64,000 nucleotides of DNA. Source: Planctomycetota bacterium (lineage in GTDB: Bacteria; Planctomycetota; Brocadiia; JAADGH01). Every line of letters starts with the position of its first letter. Position 1 is the stretch's first letter. The position numbers and the translations under genes were made by a program. The stretch is taken from contig JBFMAD010000003.1 in NCBI GenBank assembly GCA_040755855.1, positions 224,001-288,000 on the forward strand, written 5' to 3'. Shown here piece by piece: positions 50,466-60,354 of this stretch. Under the pieces are notes generated by a model. That model was given only the letters and a program-made list of their open reading frames with translations. It did not search any database and had not been told where the DNA came from.

Positions 50466-50864
50466 ATGTCGAATGGCAAGAAAATTGTCGCGTGGGAAAT
50501 TCACGGCGATGTCATAGTCGCTCGATTCATAGTCCCGCGCGTCACAGAGTTGACCCAGGCTGAAGACGCCTTCAAGGAATTGCTGGGGCTCGCGCAGCAG
50601 TCCATCCGCATGGGCAGCAAACTCCTGCTGAATCTGTCCAATCTTCAGTTCATGTCCAGCACAGGTCTTGCGCGGCTGGTAGACTTCCGCAAAAGGGCGC
50701 TCGCCTTGGGCGTGCACCTGCGCATCTGCGCGCTGACGCCTTTGCTGACCAACATCCTCAAGGGCACGGGGATGCTGAGCATCCTCGACGTCCACCCCAC
50801 CCAGCAGGACGCGCTGGACGCCTTCAAGAAAATCCAGCACGAGGGGAAAAAAAGCCAAGCATAG
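50466..50864 (+). CDS. STAS-domain anti-sigma factor antagonist
   Basis: LLLNLSNLQFMSSTGLARL. Confidence 0.85.
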   Translation: MSNGKKIVAWEIHGDVIVARFIVPRVTELTQAEDAFKELLGLAQQSIRMGSKLLLNLSNLQFMSSTGLARLVDFRKRALALGVHLRICALTPLLTNILKGTGMLSILDVHPTQQDALDAFKKIQHEGKKSQA

Positions 50865-50914
50865 CCCCCTGGCAACGGAAATGGGGTCTGTTCCGGCGCC
50901 GGGTGAAGTCAACA

Positions 50915-50947
50915 GACCTCCCGGAGGTTCCGACCTCCGGGAGGTCG
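50915..50947. repeat. REP-like double palindrome, copy 2
   Basis: ACCTCCCGGAGGTTCCGACCTCCGGGAGGTCG, an inverted copy of 8861-8892, between convergent genes. Confidence 0.8.
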
Positions 50948-50965
50948 AGTGTTTGCGGATAAGTT

Positions 50966-52024
50966 CTAAGTCGGCTTTTCGTCCGTCGACTTTGCTTCCT
51001 CCCCCGCCTCCTTCTCCGCCGCCTCCGCCTGGCGGCGAATCTGTCCGAGGGACAGGCCCATCCGCCAGAGCGCTATCAGACCGCATAGCGTCACGGGCAG
51101 GACGGCCACGGCATGGGCCTGGATGCCGAAACTGGCCGACGGGGCGGCTGCGTTGCCGAGCATCTGCATAGCCAGTTGAGACGCCCAGTGAAACGTCCCC
51201 ACAAAGGCCGGCCCCTGCGGGATCGCCACGGCCAGCGCGACGCATAGCAGCGACATGCACGCCCCGGGATAGGTTATCGTCAGACCGAACGCCAGCGCGG
51301 AGAAGTACATCGAGAGGGCAGCCATCGCCCAAACAAGCAGCGAGTAGAGCAACGTCAAGATCACGTGGCGCAAATTGTCAATGAATTTCAACCCGACAAC
51401 GAAGGAATCAACCAGTTTGAGGAGCGTCCGCTGCCAGGCGACCAGCCGTTTCACCCGTTCCGGCCAGAGGCGCATGACAAGCACAAAGGCCAGCGCGCCG
51501 CCGATCATCACAACGAGAAAGACCCCGGCCTTGACCGCATCGAACCCCCCTGCCCCCGGCGTCTCCCCCCCTCCGCCATGCAACGGGATCGGCCAGAAGA
51601 TGCAGACGTACCCCAGGATCACGCCGAGGGCGACTAGATCGAGTAGCCGCTCGACGGCTACCGTGGCGAATGTCGCCGTGAAGCTCTTCTCATAGCGCAC
51701 CTTGATGATGGCGGGGCGGACAAACTCGCCTATCCGCGCGGGCAACACATTGTTCGCCGTAAAGGCGATGAGGACGGCCCCGAGCGCCTGCAGGAACGTC
51801 AGCGCCTTGACCGGCAGCATCAGGATCCGCCATCGCAGGACGCGGAATATGTAGGTCAGGACCATGGGGACCAGGGACAGGGCCATGTAGAAAAGGTTTG
51901 CCTGGCGGAAGGCCTGCCCGATCTTGCCCCACTCCTGCTTCCAGACAAACGAGACAACGAAGACGAGGCTGATCAGAAGGGAGAGGATCAGCAGGGAGCG
52001 CTTGCGCTTGAGGATTCGCCTCAT
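50966..52024 (-). CDS. Lysylphosphatidylglycerol synthase TM-domain (UPF0104 flippase-like) protein
   Basis: RVLRWRIL, NNVLPARIGEFVR, VERLLD and P..PAFVGTF; multiple TM segments. Confidence 0.9.
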   Translation of the reverse strand: MRRILKRKRSLLILSLLISLVFVVSFVWKQEWGKIGQAFRQANLFYMALSLVPMVLTYIFRVLRWRILMLPVKALTFLQALGAVLIAFTANNVLPARIGEFVRPAIIKVRYEKSFTATFATVAVERLLDLVALGVILGYVCIFWPIPLHGGGGETPGAGGFDAVKAGVFLVVMIGGALAFVLVMRLWPERVKRLVAWQRTLLKLVDSFVVGLKFIDNLRHVILTLLYSLLVWAMAALSMYFSALAFGLTITYPGACMSLLCVALAVAIPQGPAFVGTFHWASQLAMQMLGNAAAPSASFGIQAHAVAVLPVTLCGLIALWRMGLSLGQIRRQAEAAEKEAGEEAKSTDEKPT

Positions 52025-52659
52025 TACTCGCGGCCCTGGGAGACTTCCTTGCCGGTGACGCTCTCGATCGCCTTGATGGCAGCCTCGCTCCCCTCCACGA
52101 TGTCCGCCTCCTCGCCGGCGAGATACAGCCGCCCATACCGCCCGAAGGGCCGGACGTCAACTAAGTAGATGTCGGCCGCCTTCTCGGCCTCGTTCGCCGC
52201 GAGGGCGACGTAGCCGGCGGGGTCGGTCTCCATGATGAAGAGCGTCTGCTGCGGGATGAGCATCATGCCCTGGCGGTTGCGGTTGATGATTTGGGTCTGG
52301 TGGTCGTCCACATGGCGGATGATCTGCGAGGAGGCCAGTTTCGGCTTGTAACGATCCTCCTCCGATATTCCGAGCGAGCGCAGAATCTCCGTCCCCGCCT
52401 GGCGCACCTCGCCCTGATCCTCGGAGTGGACTTCGAGGAGGCCGTAGGACCGCTCGACAATCTGGATCGCCGGTTTCACCTTGGTTCGCTTCAGGGCCAC
52501 GTCCATGACGACATTGATGTCCATGCCCGGCGCGATCTCGACCCACAGCGAGGCCATGCCCGCCAGCGGCAGGAAGCCGTAGGCCGTCGTGCCCATGAAG
52601 GCCGCCAGCTGCGGCTGAAGATTGTCAAGGACGATATAGGTCCTCAGTTCGACCGCCAT
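52024..52659 (-). CDS. Tandem BMC-domain shell protein (BMC-T, CcmP/CsoS1D-like)
   Basis: [47 protein letters not shown] and [11 protein letters not shown]. Confidence 0.9.
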   Translation of the reverse strand: MAVELRTYIVLDNLQPQLAAFMGTTAYGFLPLAGMASLWVEIAPGMDINVVMDVALKRTKVKPAIQIVERSYGLLEVHSEDQGEVRQAGTEILRSLGISEEDRYKPKLASSQIIRHVDDHQTQIINRNRQGMMLIPQQTLFIMETDPAGYVALAANEAEKAADIYLVDVRPFGRYGRLYLAGEEADIVEGSEAAIKAIESVTGKEVSQGRE

Positions 52660-52695
52660 GTGAACCTCCATTCACCGTATGATGCGCTTGAATAG

Positions 52696-52772
52696 TGGCG
52701 CGCCCGGCAAGACTCGAACTTGCAACCTTCGGATTCGAAGTCCGTCACTCTATCCAATTGAGCTACGGGCGC
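52696..52772 (-). tRNA. tRNA-Arg(UCG)
   Basis: GCGCCCGTAGCTCAATTGGATAGAG...CT-TCG-AA...GTTCGAGTC...CGGGCGCGCCA, 77 nt with encoded CCA. Confidence 0.95.
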
Positions 52773-52850
52773 ACGCTATAGCAACTTGTATCTTGAACAG
52801 GGTAGCGAGTTTTCAGGGCACTGTCAAGATCAAAGTCCCCGGACTTGCGC

Positions 52851-55220
52851 CTATCCCTTTGGCTGCTCAGCGGGCAGGCTTGTGATAAACAGCTTGTCCA
52901 CCTTCGCCCCATCCTCGCGTACTCGGAACTCCAGCCGGGCCCCGCCGGCCGGGAATTTCAACCAATCCTCCGCCATGCCCTGCGGCGTGACGCGCACCCA
53001 CGTCCACTCCTCATGCACGCCCGTGTGCCAGTCGGCCTGCGGGACTACCTCGCCGCCTTCGGAATCAATCCGAACGAGGAAGGAATCGTCGCTTGGCGTC
53101 GGCGTCAGGACACGCGCCCAGAGGTAGTACGTCCCCGCCTTCTCTACGCTCATCGGCCACACGGCCCGACCGATGCTGCTGCCGCCCTTGCCGCCCGGCT
53201 CGCCGGACATCCAGAGAAACTTCCCGCCCAACGCCTTTGGATCGCTGTCCACCACCATCGGCTTGAGAATGCGGAGCGCCGCCTCCGCCTCGATCTCGCA
53301 CGGACGATCAGGCGTGATGGTAATCTGCGCGGCGTCGAACGTCTTGCGATACTCAGCCACGGGCGGAATCTTGTCCACGATCCTCCGGCCGATGTCGTCG
53401 CCGTCAATGGCAAGGAGAAATTTCGTCGGGCGCTTGCCGTCGAGGGTCGCGTCTATCCGTTGCTGCTTGGATAAGACGGCCTCTATGCCCAGCTCGGAGC
53501 GCGCTCCTTTCGCGCGGATGCGGAGCACATCCCCCTTCGTCTCCACCAGGGCCTGAGCCGATGTGAATTGTTTGCGAAATACATCCGCGTCCTTCGCATC
53601 ACCCATCCGCACCCGCAGGGCCGCTATCGCCTTGCCCGGCTCGATCGCCTTCACCGGGCCGGTGTAGTGCACCGCGGTGAAGCGCATGGCCTTCTTCTTG
53701 GGATTATCGCCCACCAACTCGATCCTGGCCGGAACGCCGTCGGTCGTGGTGGCGGAGACGAATTTTGCCCCCAGGATCGCCCCGCGGTGCAACAGGAATA
53801 CCGGCTCGCCGATTTTCACATCTGCGGAAAACTGTCCCATGGAATCCACGCGCTTCTCGCCGACGAAGCACTGCTCGACGTCCGCCGGCAGGACCAGATG
53901 GGAGGCGATGTAATCCGACTCGGACATATACTTGTCGGGGGCCGGCGCAGCGAGCAGCAGCGCCTCGTCTCGGTCCTGGATGGTGGAGAGGAACGGGATC
54001 ATGTGGAGGGCCTTGTTGTGGCCGCCGGTCCCCTCGGGGATTTTCGTCGCGCCGTAGGGATCCCGCCGCGCGTCCATCAGGTAGTAGCCGCCCACCATGT
54101 CGGGATCGGCGAAAAGGGCCACGAGCGGTTTGTCCATGGTCCAGTAGGTCGCCCCCGCCGTGGCCAGGGCGAAGCGCTCGGTCAGGTAGTTTGTGGCCGT
54201 TTGATACCAGTACTCCCCCCAGGTTTGCTGCACGAGGCGCGGGAATCGCGTGATCGCCATCTTCCGCAATTGCGAATCGGGTTTGTAGTCGCTGAGGAGG
54301 GGGTAGAGCATGCCCTCGATGTGGAACTTCTCCGGCAGCGGCAGCCAGCCGGCGACCGTCAGGTGGTGGTCGCAGTAGCCCCGGCCGTAGAGGTAGTCGT
54401 AATCCCGGCTGTGGGCGCCGCCCATGCGCCGCGCCGGTTCGAACCAATTGGCCGCAACGTCGGTCCAGAGCATGTCGAGCAATTCCCTCGCCTGCCTGCG
54501 CCCCCGTTCGCGCCCGGCGTAGGCGGCGATGAAGCCGAGGCAGCCGATGTCCACACCGTAGTAGGTCGGACTGAGGTACTCGCAGAACCCGTTCTCGGCG
54601 GTATGGACGACGAAGCGGTCCAGGTGATCGTATCCCTCCTGCGCGATCTCCGGCAGGCCGAATATCTCTCCGAGGCAGATCAGGTTCCACGTCTTCATGG
54701 TGAAGATGTTGGTGTAGCTCTCGCGCACGCCGTGGCTCTGGATGCCCTTGATGGAGTTGCGCATCATGCGATCGAGCCGCTCCCGCGCGGCGGGGGAGAG
54801 CTTGTCGCGGTGGTATCGGTAGAGGAGGCCCGCCGCCTCCATGGAGAACTCGACGGCGTTCTTGTCGCCGACCTTCTCGTTGAACCAGTACCACCGGAAA
54901 TTGCCGAAGGAGGGGCTTTGGGGATCGAGGTCCTGCATCTGCTCGGCGATCTCGAAGGGCCGGTCGAGCGCGCTGAGGTCTTGATCCAGTTCGGCGAGTA
55001 GGAGCGCATTGCTGAAGATGCCGCGGACGCTCAAGGTCTCCCACGGCCCCTTCTCATTCAGCCTCTTGAAAAAATCCTGTGCCCGCTTGACGCTCAGCTC
55101 GACGGCGTGCTGGGGAATCGGCTTGCCCTGGAGACGGAGTTCCGGCCTGCACGATGCGCACATCAGGACAATAGGAATGGGCAGGAGCAGACAAGCGATG
55201 GTCGAAAAAAGATTCTTCAT
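52851..55220 (-). CDS. Hypothetical lipoprotein, possibly heparinase/polysaccharide lyase-like with C-terminal CBM-like domain
   Basis: Lipobox CASC; SYTN, EYLSPTYYGV and GGAHSRDY; C-terminal IEAE...YYLWARV...REDGAKVD. Confidence 0.6.
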   Translation of the reverse strand: MKNLFSTIACLLLPIPIVLMCASCRPELRLQGKPIPQHAVELSVKRAQDFFKRLNEKGPWETLSVRGIFSNALLLAELDQDLSALDRPFEIAEQMQDLDPQSPSFGNFRWYWFNEKVGDKNAVEFSMEAAGLLYRYHRDKLSPAARERLDRMMRNSIKGIQSHGVRESYTNIFTMKTWNLICLGEIFGLPEIAQEGYDHLDRFVVHTAENGFCEYLSPTYYGVDIGCLGFIAAYAGRERGRRQARELLDMLWTDVAANWFEPARRMGGAHSRDYDYLYGRGYCDHHLTVAGWLPLPEKFHIEGMLYPLLSDYKPDSQLRKMAITRFPRLVQQTWGEYWYQTATNYLTERFALATAGATYWTMDKPLVALFADPDMVGGYYLMDARRDPYGATKIPEGTGGHNKALHMIPFLSTIQDRDEALLLAAPAPDKYMSESDYIASHLVLPADVEQCFVGEKRVDSMGQFSADVKIGEPVFLLHRGAILGAKFVSATTTDGVPARIELVGDNPKKKAMRFTAVHYTGPVKAIEPGKAIAALRVRMGDAKDADVFRKQFTSAQALVETKGDVLRIRAKGARSELGIEAVLSKQQRIDATLDGKRPTKFLLAIDGDDIGRRIVDKIPPVAEYRKTFDAAQITITPDRPCEIEAEAALRILKPMVVDSDPKALGGKFLWMSGEPGGKGGSSIGRAVWPMSVEKAGTYYLWARVLTPTPSDDSFLVRIDSEGGEVVPQADWHTGVHEEWTWVRVTPQGMAEDWLKFPAGGARLEFRVREDGAKVDKLFITSLPAEQPKG

Positions 55221-55379
55221 CGGCGGACTCCATGTGCCAAGACCGTATGGTAAAACCGCCTTCAGATTCTACCGGATCAAGAGACGGCGCGCAACCCGGA
55301 TTCCGCGATTGCCAGCGATGCAAAAATGCCGTATGATCTGGGCCGGGCAAGCCGTCCAGGAATCCGCCGGGGCAAAGAG

Positions 55380-56678
55380 ATGATCCGAAGACTATTGGGA
55401 GCCATGCTCATGTTCATCGTCATCACGGAAAGCGACTTGCAGGCCTGGGGGCGGGGCCACGTGCTGATCCGCCATTGGGCAGTGGAGCATCTCCCTGAAT
55501 GGCAACAGGCGTTGACCGGGAGGGACCACTTCAAGGACCTATGCACGAAGTACACCCACATTCAGGACCAACACTCCGGCGGCAAGAGTCCTGATTTGGA
55601 TAAATACTGCTATCCGCCCGCGCCGCGCTTGTCGCTGCACGACGTCCAGCCCATCGAGAACGGCGCGCCGGCGATGCAGTGGTATCTCTATCAGATTTGC
55701 GAGCACATTCGCAAAGGCGAAAAAGACGAAGCGATGAAGTTCCTCGGCGTCCTCTGCCACTGGAACGAGGACCCCGGATCGCCCAGCATGCACAGCAGCC
55801 CGGTTACGGAGACCGTGCTTCGCCAGTTGATCCCGCCGCCAAAGGATAAGGAGAACCTGAACTACCTCTTCGGCTACGGCGGCGTCTGCAAGCTGGAGAA
55901 GTTCACGATTCCCGACATGGCCTACACGCCGAGGCTCCTCGGCGCATCCATCACCGAGGCGGGCGGGCGCATCTATCAGGCCCAGCGGATCCTCCGCTTT
56001 CACAACTCGCAATATATTATCCCCGTCGTGCAGGACGCCATGTACGGCGACGGGACAAAGGCCGACGAAGTCCGGTCGAAGGCCGCGCTCTACAATGCGA
56101 AGCACGTGGCCGACGTTATTTACACCACACTCTGTTTGGCAACGGGTCGTCTCGATCCCAGGGAGGCCGAGGCGCCGGCAAGGCAGCCGCTCACGGAATG
56201 GCTGTCCGACTTCACCGGCGCGATGATTGGCCACCCCTACTATGTCACGCCGTTTCTCATCGGCCAAGCCATGGACGCGAAGCGGGCCTTGCATCCCCTC
56301 GCATTTTCCGGTGGGGAAAAAGTCGCCTTCGGCCTCGGCATGGGCGCGCCGTTTGCCCTCGACTACACCATCGCGCCAGGCGGGGTCTATTCGCACTTCA
56401 CCTGCCGCGTAGGTCTCCATCCCACGGCGGGGGAAAAGGGCGAGGTCGCGTTCCAAGTCCTGGTGAACGGCAAGATCGCCGCCAAAACGGAGCCGATCCC
56501 CTCCGGCGCGCCGCCGCAATTACTGCGGGTGGATTTGCCCGATACCCCGGTCGTGAAGCTCACGCTCACAACCGTTCCCGCGCCGGGCGCACCGTCGCTG
56601 GACAATCTGACCGTTTGGGGCGAGCCGACGCTGCACCGCGCGGAGAGCGCGCCGGCGTATATCCCCCCCGCCCCCTGA
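55380..56678 (+). CDS. Secreted PLC/P1-nuclease-like domain fused to NPCBM/NEW2 domain
   Basis: Signal peptide then WGRGH, LGVLCHWNED...MH; C-terminal GLGMGAP...FTCRVGL...VWGEPTL. Confidence 0.65.
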   Translation: MIRRLLGAMLMFIVITESDLQAWGRGHVLIRHWAVEHLPEWQQALTGRDHFKDLCTKYTHIQDQHSGGKSPDLDKYCYPPAPRLSLHDVQPIENGAPAMQWYLYQICEHIRKGEKDEAMKFLGVLCHWNEDPGSPSMHSSPVTETVLRQLIPPPKDKENLNYLFGYGGVCKLEKFTIPDMAYTPRLLGASITEAGGRIYQAQRILRFHNSQYIIPVVQDAMYGDGTKADEVRSKAALYNAKHVADVIYTTLCLATGRLDPREAEAPARQPLTEWLSDFTGAMIGHPYYVTPFLIGQAMDAKRALHPLAFSGGEKVAFGLGMGAPFALDYTIAPGGVYSHFTCRVGLHPTAGEKGEVAFQVLVNGKIAAKTEPIPSGAPPQLLRVDLPDTPVVKLTLTTVPAPGAPSLDNLTVWGEPTLHRAESAPAYIPPAP

Positions 56679-56947
56679 CGTTCGCTATGGCCCAGATTAT
56701 TCATAACCTCACTTCCGGCTGGGAGTGGGTTGCGGGCATTGCCCTTGTGGGGAATGCGAGTTTTCTGCCGAGTCGTTACTTGCCTGTTAGAAAATGGTTA
56801 TACATCTAATTATAATATATTTCCTATTCTGGCTTGACAACTGCCCATTTGTGTGGTATGGTATTTCTACGGGGCAGCACAAATTCGATGGAGAACGAAT
56901 GTACCGACGCAATAACCATGGATGCACGATCATACCCTAAGCGGGTG

Positions 56948-57092
56948 AAAATTACCGAACGAACTCAAAAGGGCGAAATTATGAAACGAACCCCCTACAA
57001 AATCACGGAGCCGGGCGGAGTCTGACCAACGGCCCGCCCCGATACTAAACCTCGGGGGAGGGCCAAAAAGGTTAAATTTACCGAACGAACTC
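56948..57092 (+). repeat. Three copies of an AAATTACCGAACGAACYC-like motif
   Basis: Copies at 56948-56966, 56976-56994 (variant) and 57074-57092, downstream of TTGACA-17-TATGGT starting at 56835. Confidence 0.65.
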
Positions 57093-57152
57093 CCGGAAAA
57101 ACACGAGGGATTTCGCGGCGCAATATCGCTATGCCTTCAGAAATGACGCACC

Positions 57153-58088
57153 TCAGCCGGCCAGCTCCGCCTCCGGCGGGCGCCAGTCGGCGGTGATGGG
57201 TTTTTCCCGCCGGGGGGGGAGGATGAAGGCCATGGCGACCTCTCGCCAGTGCAGGCGCTCCTGACGCCAGCGCTTTCCCTGCTCCTGGGCCTGGGGCGTG
57301 CAACGATCGAGACGAAAGAAGATGTCGCCGCCTTCGTAGCCGACCTCTTTCTTCATGTCGGCGATGAAGGTCTTCTCGAAAGGCTTGACGATCAGATCGT
57401 TGCCGGACATGTCCAGCAGGCGTCGCATGACCCACTCCTCCCGCGCGCGCGCGACCTTTGTCGGATGCGACAGAAGCACGAACTCTCCCTCCACGTTTTC
57501 GAAGAGGGCGTGCACGGCGCGGGCCGAGTTCTCGACGCCGGCGATCAACAGGTCCTCGACCGACTCGTGGCGGAAGAAGCGGTGGAAGATTTTTCGTCCG
57601 ATCTCGTAGGCCCTGGCCCATGCCTCGTCGTAGACCGTTCGAAAGGGCGCGCCGGAAGGGGCTGGGGTGGGTTTTGCCTTGGCGATGAAGTCGGCGATCT
57701 GGTTTTCGATGGGGTCGTGAAAGTCCTTGTGGATAACCTCCGCGCTTTCGAACTGGTCCTCGTCGGCGATGAAATCGAGCCAGGCGTGGCTCACGGCGAG
57801 GCTGTCGGCGACGTAGTGACTGGCGAGGGCCAGCTTGGCCGCGGCGCCGAGGACGTCGCCGGTGTTTTTCGACGCCCGCGCCGAGGAGAGGGCGGCGTCA
57901 ATGGAGCTGCGCACCCACGGCGGCTTCTGCCAGAGCCAGTCGGCCACGATGTCGGGGTAGATGGCCAGGTGGTTGAAGACGTCCATCGTCTTCTTTTCAT
58001 ATCCGCCGTACTTGATATGGCCCGGTCGCCACGATGCGTGCTGCATTGCGAAGTCGAGGACAAACCAGTGTTCAGTTCCACACGCCAT
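57153..58088 (-). CDS. Hypothetical protein, possibly zinc-dependent PLC/P1 nuclease superfamily
   Basis: N-terminal His (TEHW), YPD, LASHYVADSLAVSH and FHDPIE. Confidence 0.55.
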   Translation of the reverse strand: MACGTEHWFVLDFAMQHASWRPGHIKYGGYEKKTMDVFNHLAIYPDIVADWLWQKPPWVRSSIDAALSSARASKNTGDVLGAAAKLALASHYVADSLAVSHAWLDFIADEDQFESAEVIHKDFHDPIENQIADFIAKAKPTPAPSGAPFRTVYDEAWARAYEIGRKIFHRFFRHESVEDLLIAGVENSARAVHALFENVEGEFVLLSHPTKVARAREEWVMRRLLDMSGNDLIVKPFEKTFIADMKKEVGYEGGDIFFRLDRCTPQAQEQGKRWRQERLHWREVAMAFILPPRREKPITADWRPPEAELAG

Positions 58089-58198
58089 ACCGTTGCTCCG
58101 AAGGGATCGCTTGCGAATCAATTTAAGAGTTTAACAATTGCGGCGCGGTTTGGGAAAGGAGAAATTTTGAGCCGGAGAGATGGAAAGATGAAAAATAG

Positions 58199-58227
58199 TT
58201 GACTTGGTCCGGAGTGGGATGTATAAT
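58199..58227 (+). promoter_or_regulatory. Sigma-70 promoter of tRNA-Leu
   Basis: TTGACT-17 bp-TATAAT. Confidence 0.8.
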
Positions 58228-58246
58228 TTGTTTGAAATGAACGATC

Positions 58247-58331
58247 GCCGGAGTGGTGGAACTGGCAGACACGCACGTTTGAGGGGCGTGTGGCGAGAGC
58301 CTTGCGGGTTCGAATCCCGCCTCCGGCACCA
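58247..58331 (+). tRNA. tRNA-Leu(GAG)
   Basis: GCCGGAGTGGTGGAACTGGCAGACACG...TT-GAG-GG, long variable arm, GGTTCGAATCC...CCGGCACCA; 85 nt. Confidence 0.95.
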
Positions 58332-58341
58332 GAACCTTATC

Positions 58342-58367
58342 GAGCGGGAGTGAAGCGACTCCCGCTC
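58342..58367 (+). terminator. Hairpin after tRNA-Leu (possible terminator)
   Basis: GAGCGGGAGT-GAAGCG-ACTCCCGCTC with only a weak U tract. Confidence 0.5.
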
Positions 58368-58452
58368 GCGTTATGTACGGGCATAGTAGGTGGTTGACGG
58401 GGGCGGAATTGTGGGGTAGAATGAGGTACAAAGCAACTCTTAGGAGACGACC

Positions 58453-60354
58453 ATGTTCGGCGGCGGTGGCGGTGGCGGAGGCGGCGGCGGGGGCGCCATG
58501 TGGTCCGCCCACCAGCACTTCGACAGCAAGAAAGACAAAGAAGAGATCAAGCCGCGCTGGCACTATGTCCGCAAGTTCCTCGGCATTGTGCGGCCTTACC
58601 GCGCCATCATTTTCATATGCTTCATCGCCATGCTCATGGTCGAGGCGATGGGCCTGGCGCTGCCCTGGGCGTTTCGCGTCGTCATTGACGGCGCATTGAC
58701 GCGCCGCGACTACTCGATTTTGCACCTGATCGTCCTCGGTCTCGCGCTTATCCTCGTCTTCAAGCTCCTATTAATCGTTGTGCAAACCTATGCAATGATT
58801 GTCGTGGGCCAGAAGATCGTCGCCGACCTGCGGCGAAAGATGCACACCCACATCCAGTCCCTGCCGTTACAGTACGCCTACGACACAAAAGTCGGCGGCA
58901 TCCTCTCCCGAATCATGTCCGATGTGGACCATGTGAGTTTCCTCTTGTTCAGCGGGTTCATGGGGTTTCTGGCGAGCATCTTCTCGCTCATCATGTCGTT
59001 TGTGATCCTCATCGTCTGGGACTGGCAGTTGACGCTGATCTGCGCCTTCTGGCTTCCCCTCCTAATGGTGTGGGTGGCGCGGAGCATCTCCGTCCTGCGC
59101 CCCCGGCACAAAGATATCCGCGAGGAGATGGCGCAACTGACCGCCCGCGCCGAGCAGGTATTCAGCGGCCTGAAGATCGTGAAGGGATATGCGAAGGAGC
59201 GGCGCGAGAACAGCATCTTCGTGCAGGGCATGCACAAGGTGATCCGACAGGTCCTCGACGTCTCCCGGCTGGAGATCACGCTGAATTCCTTCGGCGAGTT
59301 CGTGGCGTTCGCGGGCATGGCCACCCTCCTCTGGGTGGGCGGCCTGAAGGTCATGCGCGGAACATTGTCCATCGGCGAACTGGTCGGCTTCAACATGTAC
59401 CTCACCATGATGTTCCGGCCCGTGGTCCGCATGGTGATGATCAATAACATGGTGCAGCGCGCTATGGCGTCCATCGAGCGCATCTTCGACGTCCTCGCCG
59501 AGAAGCCGGAGGGCGAGACGAAGGAACCCGGCATTGCAATCAAGGACCCGCGGGGGCGCGTTGAGTTCCAGAACGTGACCTTTGCGTATGACGGCGAGCG
59601 GGACGTGCTGAAGGACATCAGCTTCGTCGCCGAGCCGGGCGAAACCGTGGCCCTTGTCGGGCCGAGCGGCGCGGGAAAAACCACCGTCACCAACCTCCTC
59701 GCCCGCTTTTATGATCCCCGCTTGGGTCGAATCCTCGTGGACGGCCACGACATTCGCGCGCTGAAACTTTCGCAATTCCGAAAACTCCTCGGCCTGGTGC
59801 TTCAGGAGATATTTCTCTTCGATGGCACCATCCGGGAGAACATCGCCTACGCCCGCCCCAAGGCGACCCCGGAGGAGGTCATAGAGGCCGCCAAGCTTGC
59901 GAACGCGCACGAGTTCATCATGGAATTTCCCAACGGCTACAACGCGATCGTCGGCGAGCGCGGCGTGAATATCTCGGGAGGACAACGGCAGAGGATCTCC
60001 ATCGCCCGCGCCATCCTCGCCGACCCGCGTATTCTCATCCTCGACGAGGCCACGTCGTCCCTCGACTCAAAGTCGGAAGCCGCCATCCAGCAGGCCCTGT
60101 CCTACCTCTTGATCGGCCGTACCACGTTCGTCATCGCGCACCGTCTATCCACTATCGTGAACGCGGACAAGATCATCGTCCTGGACGACGGCAACCTGGT
60201 CGAGATAGGCAACCATGCCGAGCTGATTCGGAACAAGGGGCTTTACTATGAGATGTTCATGACACAGTATGAGCGCGGCATGGACCCCACGGACCTAGGC
60301 GCGCTCATCCAATGGAAACACAAGAACGAGGATGAAAAGGGCAAGCCGGCATGA
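58453..60354 (+). CDS. ABC exporter, fused permease/ATPase (MsbA-like)
   Basis: Multi-TM domain, GPSGAGKTT, ISGGQRQR and LDEATSSLD; N-terminal poly-Gly. Confidence 0.95.
   Translation: MFGGGGGGGGGGGGAMWSAHQHFDSKKDKEEIKPRWHYVRKFLGIVRPYRAIIFICFIAMLMVEAMGLALPWAFRVVIDGALTRRDYSILHLIVLGLALILVFKLLLIVVQTYAMIVVGQKIVADLRRKMHTHIQSLPLQYAYDTKVGGILSRIMSDVDHVSFLLFSGFMGFLASIFSLIMSFVILIVWDWQLTLICAFWLPLLMVWVARSISVLRPRHKDIREEMAQLTARAEQVFSGLKIVKGYAKERRENSIFVQGMHKVIRQVLDVSRLEITLNSFGEFVAFAGMATLLWVGGLKVMRGTLSIGELVGFNMYLTMMFRPVVRMVMINNMVQRAMASIERIFDVLAEKPEGETKEPGIAIKDPRGRVEFQNVTFAYDGERDVLKDISFVAEPGETVALVGPSGAGKTTVTNLLARFYDPRLGRILVDGHDIRALKLSQFRKLLGLVLQEIFLFDGTIRENIAYARPKATPEEVIEAAKLANAHEFIMEFPNGYNAIVGERGVNISGGQRQRISIARAILADPRILILDEATSSLDSKSEAAIQQALSYLLIGRTTFVIAHRLSTIVNADKIIVLDDGNLVEIGNHAELIRNKGLYYEMFMTQYERGMDPTDLGALIQWKHKNEDEKGKPA

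Noticed and set aside
52696..58331. Genomic island between the two tRNAs
   Set aside because: No integrase and no duplicated tRNA 3' end were seen.
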